Both the position numbers and the translations under genes were made by a program. The notes under the pieces were generated by a model that saw nothing but the letters and a program-made list of their open reading frames with translations, made no database searches and had not been told where the DNA came from. Below, piece by piece: positions 58,037 through 64,000 of a DNA stretch of 64,000 nucleotides (positions within the stretch are counted from its first letter, which is position 1; every line of letters starts with the position of its first letter). Location: positions 27,526 to 91,525 of the forward strand of contig CAZXZR010000001.1 in assembly GCA_964645545.1 (NCBI GenBank). The letters run 5' to 3'. This stretch comes from an uncultured Gammaproteobacteria bacterium. GTDB taxonomy: Bacteria; Patescibacteriota; Patescibacteriia; Patescibacteriales; UBA12465.

Positions 58037-58924
58037 TCAATTTTTTGTTTTCGCTCCCGGTCCGACCGCGCTTTGCAAATATTCCTCCAGGGCGATCTTC
58101 CAGGGGCGCAAATGCCGCAGTTTGGTATTTTTTAAAACCGAATATTTTGGCCGCCGGGCCGGCCGGGCCAAATTTTCGCTGCGCACCGCCTTGATTTGGG
58201 GCTTGATTTTTTTTAAACGGAAAAGTTCTAAGGCACCCTCATACCAAGTGCAAGGACCTTCGTTAATTAAATGATAAATGCCGTAGGGCGCTTCCAGTTC
58301 CCAGAGACGCCGGGTGGCCTGGGCCAAATCAGGGGTATAGGTGAAACAGCTTAATTCTTCGTTAACAAGCGTCAGCTCCTTTTTATTCTGCGCCAATTCC
58401 AGCATAATGTCAAAAAAACTGGGCTTGACTAAAGGACTCCCGCCTTTGGGACCGAAAAGCTTGGAGGAACGAATTAAATAGCAAGCCGTGCCGCGCTCCG
58501 CCTGACGCAAAATTTCACGCTCGCCCAGAAATTTGCTTTCCCCGTATTTATTGATCGGATTGGGCGTGTCGTCTTCGCTAAACTCCGGTTTTTCCACCGT
58601 GCCGTTGAAGACGTAATCGGAAGAATAGTGAATGAAAAGCGCTTCCAAATTGCGGGCCAGCTCGGCCAAAACCGCCGGCAAATCGCGATTCAATTTCAAG
58701 GCCAGTTCATAATTCTCGCTATTCTCACATTTGTCCACGGCGTTATAGGCAACGGTGTTGATGATTATAGAGGGCTCCAGCTCCCTGACTTTTTTTGAAA
58801 GTAAAGGAAAATCAAGGGCGTCAAAATCGTCCTTGTCCCAGCCGACGACCTCGTATTCTTCCATCAAAATCCGCTGTAACTGGGTGCCTAAATTGCCTTT
58901 CGCGCCCAAAATAAGAATGGTCAT
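58037..58924 (-). CDS. rfbD: dTDP-4-dehydrorhamnose reductase
   Basis: GAKGNLG, SSDYVF, YGESK, PARRPKYSVL. Confidence 0.92.
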   Translation of the reverse strand: MTILILGAKGNLGTQLQRILMEEYEVVGWDKDDFDALDFPLLSKKVRELEPSIIINTVAYNAVDKCENSENYELALKLNRDLPAVLAELARNLEALFIHYSSDYVFNGTVEKPEFSEDDTPNPINKYGESKFLGEREILRQAERGTACYLIRSSKLFGPKGGSPLVKPSFFDIMLELAQNKKELTLVNEELSCFTYTPDLAQATRRLWELEAPYGIYHLINEGPCTWYEGALELFRLKKIKPQIKAVRSENLARPARRPKYSVLKNTKLRHLRPWKIALEEYLQSAVGPGAKTKN

Positions 58925-59314
58925 AAGCTTATGTTTTAAGTATAGTCATAAAAGCGGAAATTGACAAATTGAGGGGAAAATAATAAGAGTAAGTAATTCT
59001 TTGACAAAAATAATACGAGCCCTTAATCGGCTTATTATCTCTATAAATAAACGAAGTATAAACCCTAAAAATACAGGAGCAAAGGAAAAAGAGGAGTCTT
59101 GGAGGGCTTGACTTTTGTAAAAAAGTACGTCCAACTTTTCCGGAAGAAACCATTCATCTGGGAATCTTGCTCTTGGAGAGATTAAAACAATTACGAATGG
59201 CGGACGGTGGCGGTCTGCCGGAAAAATAATACCTTAAAATTTAACGCTTTAAAAAACAAACAAAAAAGACTTCTTTTTCAGGAGTCTTTTTTATTTTTAA
59301 CCCTCAAAATTCCC

Positions 59315-60607
59315 TTATTTCCCTTCCCATTCTTGCCCTTGCCGGACTAAAAGCTCACCGGCCCGCTCCGGTTCGGCCATTAATTCCTTGACGACTTTTT
59401 CCAGCCGCATTTTTTGTGAAGCTTTGACCAAGAGAACGTCGCCGGCCTTTATTCTGTCTTGGAGGAATTTGCCCGCCTCCTCGGCAGTGTCGAAATGGAA
59501 AATAAAATCATCTTCCATGCCCGCTTCCTTGGCCCCGCGAATAAAATCGCGCGCCTTTTCGCCCACGGCAATGAGATATTTAATGCCGCTGGCCGCCACC
59601 TTGGCGCCCACCAGCCGGTGGCCTTCCTCGGTATAGTGTCCGATTTCCAGCATATCGCCCAAAACTGCGAATTTGTCCGCCTTCTCGTCAATTTTTATAG
59701 CCGCCAGAGTGTTAACGGCCGCCAAGGCCGCTTCCGGCGAAGAATTATAGCTGTCGTCAATGATAAAGGTCTGTTTGACGCCCGGAAGAAGATTCATCCG
59801 CCCCGGCGGCAAAGAAAAATCTTTTAAGGCGCTGGCGATTTCCAAAAGATTGAAATTAAAATAGGTAGCCACGGCGGCGGCGGCTAAAGCGGCATAAAGA
59901 GCCGGCGCGCAAAAAACATTGGGCATTATGACCGGCACGATGGCTCCGTTATAGTTCAATTTAAAACGCACACCGCTTAACTCATAATCACCTTTGCCAT
60001 AATTATAACTAATATCTTGGGCGCGCAAATTGGCGCCTTCACCGAAACCATAGCTTAGAACTCGGGCCGGGCTGGCGCTAGTCATGGCGCGCGTGACTTC
60101 GTTGTCGTAGTTCAAAACGGCCAAGCCCTTTTTATCCAATTTATCAATTAAGGCCTGCTTCTCTTTTTTGATGTTGACGACAGTGCCGAAATATTCCAAG
60201 TGCGAATGGCTGACGGCGGTAATAACGCCCACTTTGGCCGGAGCGATACTTAAAAGGTAGGCCATATCGCCGGGCCTGTCCACACCCATTTCCAAAACCA
60301 AAACTTGGGGATAATTCCGGTCGCGGCTCAATATCAGGCGGGCGGCGCGAGCAAAAACTTTAAGCCAACCCCAAAAATCGCGGCCGGGTGAAGCAACGCC
60401 AATAATCGTCAAGGGCAAACCGATTTCATTATTATAATTCTTGTGGCTGGTGCGCACTCTCAACTTCCTTTGTAAAACCAAAGTCGTTGCTTCTTTGGCG
60501 CTCGTCTTGCCGACCGAGCCGGTAATGCCGACAATCACCGGTCGGTATTTTTTTATAAGCAGTCGGGCGAAAATTTTCAATTTTAGAAACAAGATTTTTT
60601 TCAGCAT
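59315..60607 (-). CDS. murF: UDP-MurNAc-tripeptide--D-Ala-D-Ala ligase
   Basis: ITGSVGKT, NNEIGLPLT, DDSYNSSP, GDMLEIG, KASQ. Confidence 0.95.
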   Translation of the reverse strand: MLKKILFLKLKIFARLLIKKYRPVIVGITGSVGKTSAKEATTLVLQRKLRVRTSHKNYNNEIGLPLTIIGVASPGRDFWGWLKVFARAARLILSRDRNYPQVLVLEMGVDRPGDMAYLLSIAPAKVGVITAVSHSHLEYFGTVVNIKKEKQALIDKLDKKGLAVLNYDNEVTRAMTSASPARVLSYGFGEGANLRAQDISYNYGKGDYELSGVRFKLNYNGAIVPVIMPNVFCAPALYAALAAAAVATYFNFNLLEIASALKDFSLPPGRMNLLPGVKQTFIIDDSYNSSPEAALAAVNTLAAIKIDEKADKFAVLGDMLEIGHYTEEGHRLVGAKVAASGIKYLIAVGEKARDFIRGAKEAGMEDDFIFHFDTAEEAGKFLQDRIKAGDVLLVKASQKMRLEKVVKELMAEPERAGELLVRQGQEWEGK

Positions 60608-60634
60608 AAATAAAAAGACTATTTCCCCGAAATT

Positions 60635-62572
60635 TTAAGTCCGCGTTTTCGGCACCTGATAATATTTAAGGATGAAATCGGCGATCTCCTTACACAAGGG
60701 CACAACCGTGCTTTCGGCGAATTGAACGCCTTTAGGGTTATCTAACTTGGCGATCATAACCGCCACGGGATTGTCTATCGGGGCAATGGCCACGAAGGTA
60801 TGGGTGAAATCAGTCTCGCTGTAGCCACTGGGCGTGGCCACTTGGGCGGTGCCGGTTTTACCGCCGATGTAATAACCGCTAATACGCACGCCTTTGGCGT
60901 GGCCTTCTTCCACAACATTAACCAGCATGGCGGCCATGGTATCGGCCGTCTTCTCGCTGATGACGCGGTGCACTTGCTGGGGCAAAATGTCTTCCCGCTG
61001 GCCGTCGGGGTGCACTATCACTTTGACGACATAAGGTTTCATCAAAATGCCGCGATTGGCGATTACTTGATAGGGCATAAGCATTTGCAAAGCGGTCACG
61101 GCAATACCCTGGCCGAAAGAAGCGGTGGCGGCGTCAATTTCTTTGACTTTGTCGCTTAGTAAACTACCGATATTGCCTGAACTCTCCGCCCCCAATTCAA
61201 TGCCGGTCGTTTCTCCAAAGCCGTAATTTTTCACGTAATCGGCAAAGACTTTCGGCCCGATTTGGCGCAGGGCGAAAATCGCCCCGGTATTCAAAGAATT
61301 TTCTAAGACGGCGTTCATATCCACGACGCCATGGGGGCCGTGGCTGGCGAAATCGGAATTTTTAATCGGTTTCGGCCAGCCGGGAATGAGAACTTCGCCC
61401 TTGTCCTCATAAGTCGTGGTCGGCGTGACCTTCCCTTGCTCAATGGCCGCCGACATGGTCACGGCTTTAAAAACCGAGCCGGGTTCGTATTGGTTGAAAA
61501 TGGCGGGATTGTTGAAAACCGAAATATCCTTGACGTCCTGATAAGCGTTGGGATCAAAATCCGGCACCGAACACATGGCCAAAATGGCGCCGGTCCTAGG
61601 ATCCATAACGATGACACTGCCGCTATCGGCGTCATATTTTCCCGCCGCCGCTTTCAACTTTTCGCAGGCGACGTATTCAATGTTTCTATCCACGGTTAAA
61701 ATCAAATCGCTGCCGTTTAGTGGTTTTACGTATTCGCGGTCGTTGACGATAATGACGTTGTCCCCGGCGCCCTTTTCGCTCTTTAAGGAGCCGTATTGGC
61801 CGAAAAGTTCATCGTTAAAAAATTCTTCCAAGCCGTATTTACCTTCGCCCTCATTATCGGCGTAGCTGACAAAGCCGACCAATTGCGCGGCGAGATTATT
61901 CTCTGGGTAATAACGCCTGTTTTTAATGGTAAAACCTAAACCCGGGATTGTCACTTCTTCGCTGGAGGAGGCGCGGTCAATAATTTTGTCCACTTGCAAT
62001 TCTAAATCGGTGGCGGCCACCGGCGTGGAAGTACTGCTTAAAAGAAAAGCATAAAATTTCAATAAGTCATCGGTCGTCAATTTGTTTTCCAAAGGTTCGT
62101 AAAGATCGCCCGGTTTGTCCAGACGCGTTAAACGTGTGGCGATCATTTCCTCTTTGGTGGCGGTGGCGATTTCTGGCGGCGTGGAGCTGGCGCTTCTATT
62201 AGCGGCCAGCCAGCGCGGATAATCAAAAAATTCGTAAATTTTTTCCGCCAGCGCCGGCGGATTCTCGACGTCTTTGGGCACGGCGTACAAAACGGCAAAA
62301 TCTTTGTTGGTCGCCAAAGGATAAAGCTTTTCTTGACCGTTAAGGCTTTCAGTTAAATAAATTTCCCCTCGCTCCGGCGTCAATTGGCTGGAAACCTGCT
62401 GTTGGGAAGAAGCCAGGGCCGTGTACAAGTCGCATTCTTTTATCTGGACGCTAAATAATTTATACAATAAGGCGCCAGCCAATAAAAAAATAACCGCCAC
62501 GGCTAAACGCCAACGATTATTATTGCGAAGCCCGGGAGACGGGCGCAAATTATTTTTATCCTCACGCCACAT
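60635..62572 (-). CDS. ftsI: Class B penicillin-binding protein
   Basis: RGEIY, RRYYP, EPGSVFK (SxxK), SLN, KTGTAQ; in rsmH-ftsL-ftsI-murF order. Confidence 0.92.
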   Translation of the reverse strand: MWREDKNNLRPSPGLRNNNRWRLAVAVIFLLAGALLYKLFSVQIKECDLYTALASSQQQVSSQLTPERGEIYLTESLNGQEKLYPLATNKDFAVLYAVPKDVENPPALAEKIYEFFDYPRWLAANRSASSTPPEIATATKEEMIATRLTRLDKPGDLYEPLENKLTTDDLLKFYAFLLSSTSTPVAATDLELQVDKIIDRASSSEEVTIPGLGFTIKNRRYYPENNLAAQLVGFVSYADNEGEGKYGLEEFFNDELFGQYGSLKSEKGAGDNVIIVNDREYVKPLNGSDLILTVDRNIEYVACEKLKAAAGKYDADSGSVIVMDPRTGAILAMCSVPDFDPNAYQDVKDISVFNNPAIFNQYEPGSVFKAVTMSAAIEQGKVTPTTTYEDKGEVLIPGWPKPIKNSDFASHGPHGVVDMNAVLENSLNTGAIFALRQIGPKVFADYVKNYGFGETTGIELGAESSGNIGSLLSDKVKEIDAATASFGQGIAVTALQMLMPYQVIANRGILMKPYVVKVIVHPDGQREDILPQQVHRVISEKTADTMAAMLVNVVEEGHAKGVRISGYYIGGKTGTAQVATPSGYSETDFTHTFVAIAPIDNPVAVMIAKLDNPKGVQFAESTVVPLCKEIADFILKYYQVPKTRT

Positions 62573-62638
62573 AAAAAATAATGGGGACGGCGGACTAAAG
62601 CCGGCGACCGACACTAATTAGCGGCTGGCCGGCGCCGT

Positions 62639-62983
62639 CTATTTCTTCGCCACCGCCGCCGGATTTAAAGTCAAATAGTCAACTTCCCCGACCGCCACCA
62701 TATCCAATTTCTGCGTCCGGCTGGCCAAGGCATAATAGGATTGTAAAGTATTAACTTGCTCTTGCGCGGCCAAATTCTCGCTGGCCAAAGTCGCCGCCTG
62801 GGCTTTTAACTCGCTTAAAGAGAAACCTCTGACTGTCAAAGCGCTGATGTTTAAAAGATAAAAAATGCCCAAGGCGCTTAAAAGTAAAACTAAAGCGATA
62901 TTAAAATATTTGAGACTAAAGCGACCTCTGGCCGCCTCCCCCGCCCTTAGTTGCGCGTAAGAGCATTTCACGTTTCTAATCAT
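62639..62983 (-). CDS. ftsL: FtsL-like cell division protein
   Basis: TM helix plus coiled coil, between rsmH and ftsI. Confidence 0.65.
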   Translation of the reverse strand: MIRNVKCSYAQLRAGEAARGRFSLKYFNIALVLLLSALGIFYLLNISALTVRGFSLSELKAQAATLASENLAAQEQVNTLQSYYALASRTQKLDMVAVGEVDYLTLNPAAVAKK

Positions 62984-63064
62984 AAAGAAAAAATTAGGCG
63001 TCAAAACGCAAAAATGGACTATATGTTAATTTAAAAATTATCGCTATTGGGGACGGCCGCCTCT

Positions 63065-63970
63065 TTAGAGTTTAAAGGCGGCGCGCAATTTGGCGCTACG
63101 CGCCCGGAAATTGGCGGTGATTTCGGCGACGGTCGGCGGCAAAGGTTTCTTGGTCAAAATTTTTAAGGCGCCCGCCGCTTGCGCCTCGCGGAAAAAATTT
63201 TTTACAATCCGGTCTTCGCCGCTGTGGAAAGAAACAACTACTAAGCGCCCGCCGGATTTAAGCAGTTTCAAGGCCGCCGGCAAAGCCAAGGCCAGATTGG
63301 CTAATTCGCCGTTGGTTTCCATTCTCAAAGCTTGGAAAACTTTAGTAGCCGGATGCAAACGCTTGGGGAAACGATAGGGCACGACGCTCGTTATTATCGC
63401 CACCAGTTCGGCCGTGCTTTTTAGGCGGTGAGAAGCGCGGGCCTTAACCAGAGCGCGAGCGATGGGATAGGCATAGCGCTCTTGGCCGTAGTCGCGGAAA
63501 ATTCTCGTCAATTCTAACAACGAATAACGATTGACGATGTCCAAGGTTGAACGCGGGCTCTTAGCGCCGAAGGCCATGTCCAAAGGCCGATCCCCGGAGA
63601 AAGAAAAACCGCGTTTGCTATCAGCCAATTGCGCCGAAGACAGGCCGAGATCAAAAACAAGGCCGTCAAACTTAAGATTTTTCTGAAAAGCCTCTTTAAC
63701 GGCGAGAGCCGGGTTTTTAAAATTTTTAGGAACGAGAATTATATTACTTAACTTTTTTTTCTTAATGAGGCGAGCGGCATTTTTTATAGCCTCTTCGTCC
63801 AAGTCCAAGGCCAGAATTTGCCCCTTTGGACCGACGGCTTCAGCCAAAGCCAATGTGTAGCCGCCGGCGCCCAAAGTGGCGTCTAAGAAGCGGCCGCCGG
63901 CGCGGGGTGATAAATAAGTCATGACCTCCTTAAGCATAACCGGCACATGGGAATAAGCGGCCGCTGACAT
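63065..63970 (-). CDS. rsmH: 16S rRNA m4C1402 methyltransferase
   Basis: HVPVM, DATLGAGG, DLGLSS, RGFSF, FQALR, SFHSGEDRIVK, RSAKLR. Confidence 0.96.
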   Translation of the reverse strand: MSAAAYSHVPVMLKEVMTYLSPRAGGRFLDATLGAGGYTLALAEAVGPKGQILALDLDEEAIKNAARLIKKKKLSNIILVPKNFKNPALAVKEAFQKNLKFDGLVFDLGLSSAQLADSKRGFSFSGDRPLDMAFGAKSPRSTLDIVNRYSLLELTRIFRDYGQERYAYPIARALVKARASHRLKSTAELVAIITSVVPYRFPKRLHPATKVFQALRMETNGELANLALALPAALKLLKSGGRLVVVSFHSGEDRIVKNFFREAQAAGALKILTKKPLPPTVAEITANFRARSAKLRAAFKL

Positions 63971-64000
63971 ATTGCTTTTTTAAACGCCCAGCTCTCCTAA

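Noticed and set aside
125-63377. Numerous antisense or overlapping ORFs in the ORF track (e.g. 12988..13602, 23897..24433, 54390..55004)
   Set aside because: Shadows of well-supported genes with no motifs or expression signals.
1-64000. CRISPR array, tRNA or rRNA genes, transposases
   Set aside because: No regularly spaced direct repeats, cloverleaf/T-arm motifs or transposase ORFs seen by eye; no tRNA in the gap before secE.

Overview
Mostly housekeeping DNA from a small-genome bacterium. The gene content (conserved uncharacterised membrane/ATPase families, SD-less housekeeping genes, one Xer recombinase, short MetG) suggests a Patescibacteria/CPR organism, probably Parcubacteria; this is inference, not a database result. 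Standard genetic code; most genes are on the minus strand. Content: translation/tRNA genes (serS, metG, tsaC, rsmI, rsmH, tgt, cca, rpmA, secE-nusG-rplK-rplA, rpsB-tsf), dnaX, pyrG, envelope genes (alr, murF, ftsI, ftsL/ftsQ-like, rfbA, rfbD, glycosyltransferases), iscS-iscU, sodB, and a gap-SDR-NuoF-like-[FeFe]-hydrogenase run. No CRISPR array, tRNA, rRNA or transposase was recognised. Most interesting signals: (1) two tandem promoter-to-terminator non-coding units at 41.67-42.17 kb sharing a covarying 11-bp stem around an exactly 64-nt variable interior; (2) a ~380-nt highly structured stand-alone RNA candidate at 44.4-44.8 kb that I cannot assign to a known family, with a degenerate DHH-like gene and a PD-(D/E)XK nuclease lying between (1) and (2); (3) a dif-like site over the xer promoter; (4) a minimal NADH-linked [FeFe]-hydrogenase; (5) purB with TGA at a conserved Trp and a broken purM; (6) a TGT lacking all four Zn ligands; (7) a beta-barrel-like exported protein.
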